Below are positions 22,016-31,285 of a DNA stretch of 64,000 nt, piece by piece (positions within the stretch are counted from its first letter, which is position 1; each line of letters starts with the position of its first letter). Location: assembly GCA_041390625.1 (NCBI GenBank), contig JAWKPM010000005.1, positions 128,178-192,177 on the forward strand, in the 5' to 3' direction. The stretch is from Dehalococcoidia bacterium. Its GTDB lineage: Bacteria; Chloroflexota; Dehalococcoidia; UBA2979. The translations under genes were made by a program, and so were the position numbers. The notes beneath the pieces are model-generated. The model had not been told where the DNA came from. It searched no databases and saw nothing but the letters and a program-made list of their open reading frames with translations.

Positions 22016-22582
22016 TTATGCCCCTCGATGGCAAGCCTCGGTGGGGGCCGCTCCGGGCGCGAACCAGGTTGATTGACTCGATTGTTCTCGGTCGTCCGGG
22101 TCGGCGTCCGGATTCGAACTTGATTGACTCGATTGTGAGGTGCGGTTGGGGAGATCCGGATTCTCGATGACCAGCCAGGGCTTGAGCGCGCGAATCAGTG
22201 CAGCCTCGCGCGGGTCGCGCTGGAGGCGGACGTTCCAGGCGTCCGCAGCGATCGTCATGACGAGGTTCATCGCAGCGAGGTAGAGCTCGATGCGGCGAGC
22301 ACGCGTGTCGGCAGGGTCGGGGAGCGGCGGCAGGGCGTCGGCGCCTTGCAGGGCACCGGCTGTGGCGTTGCGAAGAGCGAGGCGGAGGAGCTCGCGCACG
22401 GCGGGCGGGAAGAAGCGCAGCAGCGCATCGAAGGGCGCCTCGCGGACGAGCGCCTCGAGCTCGGCATCCGCGAGGTCGTGCGGCGAACGCCGGACGGCGT
22501 TGCGGTTGCCGCGGGGAGCGCCGGCACCGGGACGGCGTCCGCCCCAGTTGCGGCCTCGGGGCGTCGCTTCGGACTCGGACAT
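22016..22582 (-). CDS. hypothetical protein; N-terminal basic Gly-rich motif, Ser/Gln-rich low-complexity C-terminus
   Basis: Start set at MSESEATPRGRNWGGRRPGAGAPRGNRNAV. C-terminal SQSSQSSSNPDADPDD is encoded by the direct repeats. Divergent from CDF transporter gene. Confidence 0.4.
   Translation of the reverse strand: MSESEATPRGRNWGGRRPGAGAPRGNRNAVRRSPHDLADAELEALVREAPFDALLRFFPPAVRELLRLALRNATAGALQGADALPPLPDPADTRARRIELYLAAMNLVMTIAADAWNVRLQRDPREAALIRALKPWLVIENPDLPNRTSQSSQSSSNPDADPDDREQSSQSTWFAPGAAPTEACHRGA
22069..22136. repeat. two perfect copies of 17-bp AT-rich direct repeat TTGATTGACTCGATTGT (22069-22085 and 22120-22136), 51-bp period
   Basis: Read directly. Flanking bases also similar (GGTTGATTGACTCGATTGTTCTCGG / ACTTGATTGACTCGATTGTGAGGTG). 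Sits 100-170 bp upstream of the alpha/beta hydrolase start and inside the low-complexity 3' end of ORF 22016..22582. Confidence 0.6.
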
Positions 22583-22723
22583 GCCTCGATCGTGGGGACT
22601 CGGGGCGGGAACACCGAGGGGGAGGTGGCACCAACGGGGCCCCGGCGGCGGGAGCGCCTCGTTGTCTGCGTTTATGCGGCGGCGACCGAACGCGGGCATA
22701 GAGTGGTTCGAGGGGGTGCGATG

Positions 22724-23632
22724 GGGCATCAGCACGGCGGCACATCGCGAGCGGCGAGCGGCGGGGAGCGGCACGTGCGGCCGCTCGCCGTCACGTTCGG
22801 CCTCGTGGCGGTCTTCCTGGTGGTGGAGGCCGTCGGCGGCTTCCTGACCAACTCGCTGGCGCTGCTGTCGGACGCGGGTCACATGCTGACCGACGCGGTG
22901 GGCCTCGGCATGGCGCTGGGTGCGATCACGACGGCGAGCCGGGTCGCCGGAGGACGACGCCGGACGTACGGGCTGTACCGCCTCGAGATCCTCGCGGCGC
23001 TGGCGAACGCGGCGCTGCTCTTCGGCGTCGCGGGCTTCGTGCTGTGGGAGGCCGGGCGGCGCTTCATGGACCCGCCCGAGGTCGCGAGCGGGGCGATGCT
23101 CGCGGTGGCGACGGCGGGCCTGGTCGTGAACCTCGTGAGCTGGCAGCTACTGCGGGCAGGCGCGAGCGAGAGCCTGAACGTGGAAGGTGCGCTGCTGGAG
23201 GTGCTGGCCGACCTGGTGGGGTCGGTGGGCGTGATCGTGGCAGCGGCGATCACCCTGACGACGGGGTGGGCGTACGCGGATCCGCTCTTCGGGGCGGGCA
23301 TCGGGCTGTTCATCCTGCCTCGAGCGTGGCGGCTGGGCGGGCGGGCGCTGCGCGTGCTGGTGCAGGCGGCGCCGCCGGAGATCGACCTCGAGGCGTTGCG
23401 CGCGGACCTCGAGGAGCTGGACGGGGTGCTGGACGTGCACGATCTGCACGTGTGGACGCTGACCTCTGAGATGGATGTGGCCTCGCTGCACCTGATGACG
23501 GAGGAGACGCGCGACGCGCATGCGGTGCTGGACGAGGCGAACGCGCTGCTGCGAGATCGCTATCGCATCGGCCACGCAACGCTGCAGGTGGAGCCGGCGT
23601 CGCACGGCGAGTGCGTCGAGACGAGCTGGTAG
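22724..23632 (+). CDS. cation diffusion facilitator (CDF) family metal efflux transporter (CzcD/ZitB-like)
   Basis: Start set at MGHQHGG (His-rich N-terminus). TM signature LLSDAGHMLTD. C-terminal cytoplasmic domain. The 428-aa ORF upstream portion is judged non-coding. Confidence 0.8.
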   Translation, partial: GHQHGGTSRAASGGERHVRPLAVTFGLVAVFLVVEAVGGFLTNSLALLSDAGHMLTDAVGLGMALGAITTASRVAGGRRRTYGLYRLEILAALANAALLFGVAGFVLWEAGRRFMDPPEVASGAMLAVATAGLVVNLVSWQLLRAGASESLNVEGALLEVLADLVGSVGVIVAAAITLTTGWAYADPLFGAGIGLFILPRAWRLGGRALRVLVQAAPPEIDLEALRADLEELDGVLDVHDLHVWTLTSEMDVASLHLMTEETRDAHAVLDEANALLRDRYRIGHATLQVEPASHGECVETSW

Positions 23633-23793
23633 AAGCCCTCGCGTCCGCGAGGCGTCCGAGCGAGGTCGGTTCCTTCGGCGGGGCTCGCCCGCCCACCCCG
23701 GATCGTGGCGGCTTCGCTCCCACCCTCTTTCCTTGGATTTCCTTTGAGGTTGCGCGGGTGTGCGCGAAACCTGCGCGTCTAGACTCCACCTCG

Positions 23794-24543
23794 ATGTTCG
23801 ACAAAGCCTCGATGTTGCGGCGGGTGAACGGGGAGTCGGTGCTGCTCCTCGGTGGGGGGCGGGCGCTGCTGATGCAGCTGGCGCATCCCCTCGTGGCGCG
23901 CGGGGTGGCGGAACACAGCCACTTCGAGGCGGCGCCGCTGCGGCGGCTGGTGCGGACGCTCAGGCCGGTCTACGCGGTGGGGTTCGGGTCGGCGGGGCAG
24001 GCGGCGGGCGCGGCCTCGACGGTGCGAGCGCGGCATCGAGGGGTCGTGGGGGCCGGGTACAGCGCGCTCGACCCCGGCCTCGGGATGTGGGTGCACGCGA
24101 CGCTCGTCGACTCGGCGCTGGTGACGTACGAGCGCTTCGTGCGCCCGCTCGAGGCGCGCGAGCGAACGGCGTACTACCTCGAGATGCAGCGCCTCGGCGA
24201 GATGTTCGGGGTGCCGCGGGCGTCGCAGCCGGCGGGTGTGGCGGCCTTCGAGACGTACGTGGCCTCGATGGTGGGGACGTTGGACGTATCGGCGGAGGCG
24301 CGGCGGCTGGCGGCCTCGGTGTTCGCGACGCGGCCGTGGGAGCTCGCGCCGCTGACCGTGGCGAGTCGGTGGGTGACGGCGGGGCTGCTGCCACCTCGGT
24401 TGCGGGCGGGGTACGGACTGCGCTGGAGCTCGGTGGACGAGCGGTTACTGTCGGGGGTGGCGGCGACATGCCGCATCGGGGTGCCGATGCTGCCTCGACG
24501 GCTGCGTCGGCCGCCGGCGTTTCTCATGCCTCGAGAGGTATAG
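23794..24543 (+). CDS. MpaB/DUF2236 family oxygenase-like protein
   Basis: Start set at MFDKASML. ESVLLLGGGRALLMQLAHPLVARGV is the conserved DUF2236 N-terminal block. Confidence 0.65.
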   Translation: MFDKASMLRRVNGESVLLLGGGRALLMQLAHPLVARGVAEHSHFEAAPLRRLVRTLRPVYAVGFGSAGQAAGAASTVRARHRGVVGAGYSALDPGLGMWVHATLVDSALVTYERFVRPLEARERTAYYLEMQRLGEMFGVPRASQPAGVAAFETYVASMVGTLDVSAEARRLAASVFATRPWELAPLTVASRWVTAGLLPPRLRAGYGLRWSSVDERLLSGVAATCRIGVPMLPRRLRRPPAFLMPREV

Positions 24544-24907
24544 GGGCTTCGATGGTGCGCTACACGCGGGGGACGTGAGGTACGCGCCTTCGGCGCGCAC
24601 GGGTTGTCTCCCCGTCGGAGGGTGGCCCACCCGCCCACCCTTCGGTCCCTGGGGGCTACGCCCCCAGCCCCCCGCTCGGAGGCCTGAAGGGGGTCGCTCC
24701 CTCGAGACGGCTGGCGGCTATCCGAGGTCGATCGCCCCGGACTCGAACTCGTCGAGCGTGCGCGTGACGAGGAAGACCTGCCAGGTGTCGTGCTCGCTCA
24801 GCACCATCAGCGCGTCACTCGCGAGAGGAGGGCGCGAAGGGCCTACCACGGCGACGCGAGGGCTGTGCATCCACCCTCGATGATCGAATGCGCGAGTCGC
24901 GGTCTTG

Positions 24908-25423
24908 TCATGCCTCGATTATCGGTGCGCGAGCGGGCGATCGTGGGGGGAGGCTGTCGGCGCCAGCCAGCGACTCGGCGAGTGTGACCGCCTCGATGGG
25001 GGTGGCGGCTCGGTGGATGGGGAGGTCGTTGCCCTCGTGGTCGCGGGCGGTCCACGTGTCGAGGCCGACGATGGGGCGACCGGCGATGGCGGCGAAGGCG
25101 ATCTCGGAGAGGGTGCCGTAGGAACCGCCGATGGCGATCACGGCCTCGGCACTGCGGGCGACGACGGCGTTGCGGGCGTGGCCGAGGCCGGTGGGGATGG
25201 GGACGTCGATGTGTGGGTTCGCCTCGGTGGCGTCGTCGCCGGGGAGGATGCCGACGGTGAGGCCTCCAGCGTCCTTGGCGCCTCGAGCGGCTTCGAGCAT
25301 GACGCCGCCGCGGCCGCCGCAGATGAGGATGTGGCCGCGGGCGGCGAGCTCCCGACCGACCTCGTAGGCGAGCGCGGCGAGGCGGTCGTGGTGGTTGCCG
25401 GAGCCGATGACGGCGATGCGCAT
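24908..25423 (-). CDS. TIGR00725/LOG-family Rossmann-fold nucleotide-binding protein
   Basis: 171 aa. MRIAVIGSG...ILICGGRGGVMLEAARGA and AVIAIGGSYGTLSEI typical of LOG/YvdD-like lysine-decarboxylase-like family. Confidence 0.7.
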   Translation of the reverse strand: MRIAVIGSGNHHDRLAALAYEVGRELAARGHILICGGRGGVMLEAARGAKDAGGLTVGILPGDDATEANPHIDVPIPTGLGHARNAVVARSAEAVIAIGGSYGTLSEIAFAAIAGRPIVGLDTWTARDHEGNDLPIHRAATPIEAVTLAESLAGADSLPPRSPARAPIIEA

Positions 25424-25452
25424 GGCGGGAGGGTAGCGACCTCGAGAGGCGG

Positions 25453-25938
25453 TCAGGCGGGGGCGCGCCAGGTGAGCACGTCGCCGCCCTGACCGAGGAG
25501 GACGGTGCCGGGAAAGACGCGGAGATGCCAGGGCTCAAGACGGAGCACCGCGAAGTTGTCGTCAGTGGGGCCGGGCCAGGTGGGGACCATGGCAGGGTCG
25601 TACCCGACGGGCGGCGGGGCGTCCTTGAAGAGGTTCCAGACGCGGGTCCGGGTCTCGTCGTCGAAGCCCCAGCTCGCGCGACACTCGGCGACGCAGGTGT
25701 CGTGCTCGGGGGTCCAGTAGTTCACCGAGACGTAGGGGTGCGCCTCGATGTGGGCTCGTTTCGTCGGGGTGGGCGAGGTGGCGATCCAACCAACGAGGTC
25801 GTCGCCCTCCCAGACCCAGAGGGGGTGAAGGATGCGGGAGCGGGGGCGGCCCTGAGCGTCGGTGGTGGCGACGGTGGCCCAGACAATCCGGTGAGCCATC
25901 TCGATGAAGCGCGGTCCGACGTCGCTGAGATTCGCCAT
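25453..25938 (-). CDS. pyridoxamine 5'-phosphate oxidase family (FMN/F420-binding split-barrel) protein
   Basis: 161 aa. PNPOx-like fold pattern (WATVATTDAQGRPRSRILHPLW...HPYVSVNYW). Confidence 0.7.
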   Translation of the reverse strand: MANLSDVGPRFIEMAHRIVWATVATTDAQGRPRSRILHPLWVWEGDDLVGWIATSPTPTKRAHIEAHPYVSVNYWTPEHDTCVAECRASWGFDDETRTRVWNLFKDAPPPVGYDPAMVPTWPGPTDDNFAVLRLEPWHLRVFPGTVLLGQGGDVLTWRAPA

Positions 25939-26015
25939 CGTCGTGATTCCGCCTTCCTCGGGACGCCGAGGCGTTGGGCCTCGATGGCGGCATCGTACCT
26001 CGAGTGGTGCCAGGC

Positions 26016-26489
26016 TCAGTCGAGCAGCTTCTCGTAGAAGCGGCTCAGGCCGATCTGGTGGGGGGCCATGTCGGTGTAGGGCGGAAAGGGGTCGCAGCGG
26101 GTGAAGCCACGGCGCTCGTAGAGGATGAGCGCCTCGTGCTGGTGGATGCCGGTCTCTAGGCGGAGGAGCGATCGGCCCTCGACGCGTGCTTCGTCCTCAA
26201 GGCGGGCGAGCACGGCGGTGGCGACGCCGCGGGCTCGTGCGGCCTCGGTGGTGAACATGCGCTTCACCTCGGCGTGCCCGTCGAAGAGGACGATCGCGCC
26301 GCAGCCGACCGCTTCGCCGTCGAGGCGGGCGACGAAGAATCGGACGTGCGGCTCGAAGAGGGCATCGAGGCGGAGTCCGTGCTGCTGGTCCGGCGTGTAG
26401 AGCGCGCCGAGGTACGCATCGAGCGCCCCGATGAGGCGCACGACCTCGGGGGTGGGTGCGGTGGCGCGCTCGATGGTGAGGTTGGACAT
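26016..26489 (-). CDS. GNAT family N-acetyltransferase
   Basis: Start set at MSNLTIERA (157 aa). Core AVGCGAIVLFDGHAEVKRMFTTEAARARGVATAVL. The remaining 5' part of the 367-aa ORF is R/P-rich and judged spurious. Confidence 0.75.
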   Translation of the reverse strand: MSNLTIERATAPTPEVVRLIGALDAYLGALYTPDQQHGLRLDALFEPHVRFFVARLDGEAVGCGAIVLFDGHAEVKRMFTTEAARARGVATAVLARLEDEARVEGRSLLRLETGIHQHEALILYERRGFTRCDPFPPYTDMAPHQIGLSRFYEKLLD

Positions 26490-26561
26490 CGATGGGGTCC
26501 TCGCCTCGATGGTGCCGAGTCGGAGAGTAGGGCTTCGAAGGGGCGTGGTACCGTCACGGCG

Positions 26562-27197
26562 ATGAGCACGGACGGGGCAGCCGGTGGCGAAGCGGTCGAG
26601 ATCGCCTCGATGCTGGGGCCGGTGCACTGTCGGTGGCACGCCGGGGCCGGGCCCTCGGCGGTGATCATGGTGGGAGGCGGCGACGGCGGCTTCGATGGGC
26701 CGGCCGAGGCGCTGTACCCGACACTCGCGAGCGACCTCAACGAACTCGGGATCGGGGCTCTGCGCCTCGATTTCCGCATCCACCGCTTCCCCGGGCCGAT
26801 CGAGGACGGGGTGCTCGATGTGTGCGCGGGCATCGAGGCGCTGGCGCGCCGCGGCATCGAGCGCATCGGGCTGCTGGGGCACTCGTTTGGCGGGGCGGTG
26901 GTCATCGAGGCGGCGGCGCGGGAGCCGGAGCGCGTGACCTCGGTGGCAACGCTCGCGTCTCAGACTGCGGGCGCGCTGCGGGTGGGGGAGCTGGCGCCTC
27001 GACCGATCTTGCTCGTGCACGGGATGGACGACACACGGCTGCCGGCGGCGTGCTCGGAGATGCTGTTCGAACGGGCGGGCGAGCCCCGGCGGCTGGAACT
27101 GCTGGAGGGCGCGACGCACAGCCTGCGTCAGCGGCGCGAGGACGTGCGTCGAATGCTGGTGGAGTGGTTCGGGCGGACGCTCCGGACGTCGGCCTAA
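26562..27197 (+). CDS. alpha/beta hydrolase (dienelactone-hydrolase-like)
   Basis: Start set at MSTDG. Nucleophile motif GHSFGG. C-terminal LVHGMDDTRLP. Confidence 0.65.
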   Translation: MSTDGAAGGEAVEIASMLGPVHCRWHAGAGPSAVIMVGGGDGGFDGPAEALYPTLASDLNELGIGALRLDFRIHRFPGPIEDGVLDVCAGIEALARRGIERIGLLGHSFGGAVVIEAAAREPERVTSVATLASQTAGALRVGELAPRPILLVHGMDDTRLPAACSEMLFERAGEPRRLELLEGATHSLRQRREDVRRMLVEWFGRTLRTSA

Positions 27198-27278
27198 AGA
27201 CTCGCCTCGGCGGGTGGCGGGTCCGAAGTCCGGTCCTCAGTCGGATACGTTGACGCCCTCGATGTCGAGGAGGACGCC

Positions 27279-27740
27279 ATGGCCGGGTACTCGGGGACGC
27301 CGCTGCCTCGGAAGCTGGGGATCAAGGAGGGACACCGGCTGGCACTCGTGGGGGCGCCGGCGGGCTTCGATGCGACGCTCGGCGCGCTGCCGGCGGCCGT
27401 CGAGGTGCGTCGGCGGCTGCGCGGGCCGGTGGACGTGGCGGTGTTCTTCACGAAGCGACGGTCGGACCTCGAGCGGCGGTTCGAGGCGCTGTCGCGTGCC
27501 ATCGAGGTGGACGGTGGGCTGTGGGTGGCGTGGCCGAAGCGGGCCTCGGGTGTGGCGACGGACATGACGGAGGACGTGGTGCGCGAGGTCGCGCTGCCGG
27601 CGGGCCTCGTCGACAACAAGGTGTGCGCGATAGACGAGACGTGGTCAGGGCTGCGGGTGGTGTGGCGGCGCGAGCTGCGGGCGACCGAGGCGGCGCGGCG
27701 TGCCTCGAAGAGTGTCTCGGCCGGGGCGCGCGTGGAGTAG
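27279..27740 (+). CDS. DUF3052-like hypothetical protein
   Basis: 153 aa. N-terminus MAGYSGTPLPRKLGIKEGHRLALVGAP matches my recollection of DUF3052 family N-termini. Confidence 0.55.
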   Translation: MAGYSGTPLPRKLGIKEGHRLALVGAPAGFDATLGALPAAVEVRRRLRGPVDVAVFFTKRRSDLERRFEALSRAIEVDGGLWVAWPKRASGVATDMTEDVVREVALPAGLVDNKVCAIDETWSGLRVVWRRELRATEAARRASKSVSAGARVE

Positions 27741-27800
27741 CATCGTCCGCCTCGATGGCGGCGGCGCCTCGGGCGGGGCGAGTGGGCGGAGAAGGCGGGG

Positions 27801-28238
27801 GTGGGCGTGCTGTACGTGTCGATTCTGACCTCGGATCGGGAGCGGGATCCGGAGCTGTGGACGACGATCTGGCACGGGACGCAGCCGCCCACGCTGAAGC
27901 TGCATTCGGCCTTCAATCTCGCGGGCAACAAGCGGGTCTTCATCTGGGAAGGCGAGTCGGTCGCCGACCTGCAGTACATGGACCTCTTCAACTACGTGGG
28001 CGAGATGGAGACGTTCCCGGCGTTCGACCGGACGGTGGGGTGGCAGATGGCCTTCGCCGGGGACCTCGAGGGGTTCCGGGCGAACCAGGAGCGGCGCGGC
28101 CTGCCGAAGGAGACGATCGACCTCAACATCGATCTGCGCCGTCGCGGCCTCGAGGCGTCTTCGCACTGGGAGGCGCGACAGCTGGCGCGCGAGTGGGTGG
28201 CCGAGCAAGAAGGGGTCCTGGAGGAAGAGGACCTGTAG
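27801..28238 (+). CDS. hypothetical small cytoplasmic protein (possibly DUF3303-like)
   Basis: 145 aa. No catalytic motifs recognised. W..W.DL...F pattern reminiscent of DUF3303. Confidence 0.5.
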   Translation: MGVLYVSILTSDRERDPELWTTIWHGTQPPTLKLHSAFNLAGNKRVFIWEGESVADLQYMDLFNYVGEMETFPAFDRTVGWQMAFAGDLEGFRANQERRGLPKETIDLNIDLRRRGLEASSHWEARQLAREWVAEQEGVLEEEDL

Positions 28239-28269
28239 CGCCTCGCGGGGCAACGGCAGGAGGCCGGCG

Positions 28270-28695
28270 GTGAAGTCGTACGAGTCGAGCGCGGTGATCC
28301 AGGCGACGCCCGCTGCGGTGTGGGCGATCCTCGCGGACGCGCGTGCGTACCCTTCTTGGGACTCGGGCGTGGTGAAGGTCGAGGGGCAGATCGGCCTCGG
28401 CGAGCGCATCTCCGTGTACTCGAGCATCAGCCCGAACCGGGCGTTCCCGGTGACGGTGTCGGAGCTGGTGCCTGAGGTGGGGATGACATGGCGCGGGGGC
28501 ATGCCGATGGGCCTGTTCAAGGGCGTGCGGACGTTCGCGCTGATGCCGCAGTCGGATGGCTCGACGCGCTTCGAGATGCGCGAGGAGTTCTCCGGGCCGC
28601 TGCTGCCGGTGATGTGGCGGATGATGCCGGACCTGCAGCCGACGTTCGATCAGTTCACAGCGGGGCTCAAGGCGCGGGCTGAGGCCTCGGGGTAG
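28270..28695 (+). CDS. SRPBCC (START/Bet v1-like, polyketide cyclase/dehydrase) family protein
   Basis: 141 aa. AVWAILADARAYPSWDSGV typical of Polyketide_cyc2/SRPBCC. Confidence 0.7.
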   Translation: MKSYESSAVIQATPAAVWAILADARAYPSWDSGVVKVEGQIGLGERISVYSSISPNRAFPVTVSELVPEVGMTWRGGMPMGLFKGVRTFALMPQSDGSTRFEMREEFSGPLLPVMWRMMPDLQPTFDQFTAGLKARAEASG

Positions 28696-28873
28696 CGCCA
28701 CCGGACGATTCGCCTCGCGGACGTGCCTCGGCGCGGCCTGCGCACGCGCCTCGATTCCACGCAAATCGCCAGACGCGCAGCCGTGCGAGAAACTCGCCAG
28801 CCGAGGCCGCGGCCTTCGATGTGCCTGTGAGCGGACGACCCATAGCGTGCCCATGGCACACGAAGGAGTCGCC

Positions 28874-29743
28874 GTGATCTGGAGTTCAACTGCCGGGCGC
28901 GCACTGCGCAGGCTCGCACCCGTGGCGCTGATCCCGGTCCTCGCGATGTCGCTCGTCGCCTGTGACGACGACGGCGGGGACGAAGCTGTCATCGAGGCCA
29001 CGCAGGGCGCCGACGAAACGCAGACCGCCAGTCCGACCGAGGTGGGGACAAGCCTCGATGACGCGGAGCCCGGCACCGTCGTGCAGGTCTCGGGTGACCT
29101 GCAGCGCGTGATCGGTCCGCACACCCTGGTGATCGATGGCGGCGGCGTCCTCGGCATCGATGGCCTGCTCGAGTCGGACCTGCTCGTCCTCGTGCCGCCC
29201 GACGTCTCGTTCCCGGACGGGCTGTCCGTGGGCGAGGAGGACGGTCAGGTCGAGGTCGAGGGTGAGGTCGTCGACTTCAACTTCCTGACAGTCGGCGATG
29301 AGCTCGGCGAGGCGCTGGGCTCGAACGAAGAGTCCGAGCTGGATGGCTTCGACGACGAACGCGCCGTCCTCGCCCGGTCGATCGCGTACGTGAACAATGA
29401 GGTCGGCCTGAGCGACCTCGACGAGGCTGCCGTCGGCGAGACGGTCACGCTCTGTGGCGACGTGCAGCAGGTGGTGAGCGACCGACTGTTCATCGTGGGC
29501 GGCGACGAGGTGCTCGGCCTCTTCGGCGGCAGCGACGTGCCCGTGTTCCTCGGGCCGGACAGCGCGCTGAGTGGTGACGTGGCCGAGGGCGACGTCGCAC
29601 AGGTCGTGGGTCAGGTCATCGATGTGCAGACAGGCGACCTGGCGACTCGATTCGACGAGCCGTTCACCGACGACGAGCTGTCCGCCCTCGACGATGACGA
29701 CAAGGGGCTCTGGGCTGAGTCGGTCACCATCGTCTCCGAATAG
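28874..29743 (+). CDS. acidic secreted lipoprotein with internal repeats
   Basis: Start set at GTG after GAAGGAG SD. Signal peptide with lipobox LVAC. pI very low (about 25% D/E). Three related segments (VQVSGDLQRVIGPHTLVIDGGGVLG / VTLCGDVQQVVSDRLFIVGGDEVLG / VAQVVGQVIDVQTGDL). Confidence 0.6.
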   Translation: MIWSSTAGRALRRLAPVALIPVLAMSLVACDDDGGDEAVIEATQGADETQTASPTEVGTSLDDAEPGTVVQVSGDLQRVIGPHTLVIDGGGVLGIDGLLESDLLVLVPPDVSFPDGLSVGEEDGQVEVEGEVVDFNFLTVGDELGEALGSNEESELDGFDDERAVLARSIAYVNNEVGLSDLDEAAVGETVTLCGDVQQVVSDRLFIVGGDEVLGLFGGSDVPVFLGPDSALSGDVAEGDVAQVVGQVIDVQTGDLATRFDEPFTDDELSALDDDDKGLWAESVTIVSE

Positions 29744-29799
29744 GCACATTTCACCCGGCAGTGCCGACCCTCCGCCGTCCTCTCCCCGCGAGGGCGGCG

Positions 29800-30624
29800 T
29801 CAGGCGGGGCGGCGGAGGCGGACGACGATGACCGGGGGGATGCCCGGCATGTTGGCCCAGTGCGGACCTCGACGCTCGTCGCGATCGGCCTCGGTGAAGG
29901 CTGGCTCCTCGAGGGCGTCGAGGACGAGCCCCACCTCGAAGGCGGGTCGCAGCAGGTCGTTGAGGGGGCGGTGGAAGTAGGGCTGGGCGACGGGCTGCCC
30001 CTCGATGGCGACGCCTTCGTGAACCTCGGCCTGGAGGTAGCCGCCGATGCGCACGCCGTAGTGGCTGTGCAGGCCCGCTGCATCCTCGGTCCGTTCGGCG
30101 ACGAGGGTGGTGTGCGCGCCCTGAAACGCCGGGTGCGGGACGGTGAAGACGAAGCGACCGCCGGGCCTGAGCAGTCGCGCCAGCGCCCGAAACAGCGGGG
30201 CGACGTCGGCGATGTCCATCAGCGCCATGTTCGAGAGCGCGGCATCGAAGGCGTTCTCGCCAAGGGCGAAGAGCGCGGCCTCGTCGGTGGCGTCGAGCTG
30301 GCGGTACTCGATGGGGGCATCGGCCTCGGTGCGAGCACGGGCGTGCTCGAGCAGCGGGGCGCTGAAGTCGAAGGCGACGACGTTCGCACCGAGGGCGGCG
30401 AGGCGCCTCGATGTGAGGCCGTTGCCACACGCGACATCGAGGACGCGCTCGCCGGGCCGGACCTCGATGAGGCGCTCGAGGTGGGGCCAGCAGAGCCGTT
30501 CGACCCAGAGGTTGCCCTCGCCCATGCGGTCATCCCAGAAGTCGGCGTTGGCCTCCCAGGCGCGGCGGGATGCGTCGTTGCCCTCGGGGTTGGCGGCCTC
30601 GGCGCTGGGGTCGGGCGGGGTCAT
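29800..30624 (-). CDS. class I SAM-dependent methyltransferase
   Basis: 274 aa. Motif I VLDVACGNG. Methyltransf_11/25-like. Confidence 0.75.
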   Translation of the reverse strand: MTPPDPSAEAANPEGNDASRRAWEANADFWDDRMGEGNLWVERLCWPHLERLIEVRPGERVLDVACGNGLTSRRLAALGANVVAFDFSAPLLEHARARTEADAPIEYRQLDATDEAALFALGENAFDAALSNMALMDIADVAPLFRALARLLRPGGRFVFTVPHPAFQGAHTTLVAERTEDAAGLHSHYGVRIGGYLQAEVHEGVAIEGQPVAQPYFHRPLNDLLRPAFEVGLVLDALEEPAFTEADRDERRGPHWANMPGIPPVIVVRLRRPA

Positions 30625-30685
30625 GACGGCACCTCGAGGACTGCGCGAGCAGGGTAGCGCGCGTGTCCTCGAGGTGACGTCGGGG

Positions 30686-31159
30686 CTACTCGAGGGCGCC
30701 GACGGTCAGCGTGACGGTCACGAAGTCGTCGCCCTCAAGGGGCGAGAGGATGGCAATGATCGTCCTGTTCTCGCCCTCGGGGGTGTCGCTCTGGAGGGTG
30801 AGACCACCGCTCGCGCCCTCCGTGCGGAGGTACTCGTCGGGCTGACCGTCGACCCAGGCCTCATAGAACGCAACGGTCTCGTCCTGCTGGTCCAGAGGGA
30901 CGATGAACTGAACGACCTTGACTGGGCCCGCGTCGTCCACGGCGACGGCGTCGGCCCAGTCAGGCAGCGGCACGCCGATCTCGCTGACGTCCGGTGCGCT
31001 CGAGCTGCCGCCCTCGGCACCGCCACTCGATGCGGTCGCCTCGGAGGTCATGGCCTCGGTGGCGGCCGCTGTGGCGTCGGATGAGTCGTCGTCGCTGCTA
31101 CAGGCGACGAGGGTCAGGGCGAGCAACGTCAACAGGATGGCGGTGAAGCGCCTCGTCAT
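30686..31159 (-). CDS. lipoprotein, hypothetical
   Basis: Start set at MTRRFTAILLTLLALTLVAC (lipobox LVAC). Acidic Ser/Asp-rich linker then about 100-aa domain. Confidence 0.6.
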   Translation of the reverse strand: MTRRFTAILLTLLALTLVACSSDDDSSDATAAATEAMTSEATASSGGAEGGSSSAPDVSEIGVPLPDWADAVAVDDAGPVKVVQFIVPLDQQDETVAFYEAWVDGQPDEYLRTEGASGGLTLQSDTPEGENRTIIAILSPLEGDDFVTVTLTVGALE

Positions 31160-31236
31160 TGGTCCTCCTCGACGGTGGGTCGGACATGCATACCTGCGTG
31201 GCGGGCTCGGCGGCAAGCCTTGAGGGGGACGCGACG

Positions 31237-31259
31237 AGGCCCGGCGGGGGGCCGGGCCT
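31237..31259 (-). terminator. GC-rich hairpin (9-bp perfect stem AGGCCCGGC/GCCGGGCCT, 5-nt loop) downstream of acyl-CoA dehydrogenase stop
   Basis: Read directly. No U-tract, as is common for actinobacterial intrinsic terminators. Confidence 0.4.
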
Positions 31260-31285
31260 CGATAGTCGTTCCGAGCAGGTGACGG

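Noticed and set aside
22100-22135. tRNA-like TTCGAATCC T-loop-like string next to the direct repeats
   Set aside because: No complementary T-stem, acceptor stem or anticodon arm can be drawn on either strand.
24718-24807. 29-aa ORF MVLSEHDTWQVFLVTRTLDEFESGAIDLG on the minus strand in the 364-bp gap after the MpaB gene
   Set aside because: No SD. The frame is open upstream without a canonical start. Possibly a relic, so kept only as a note.
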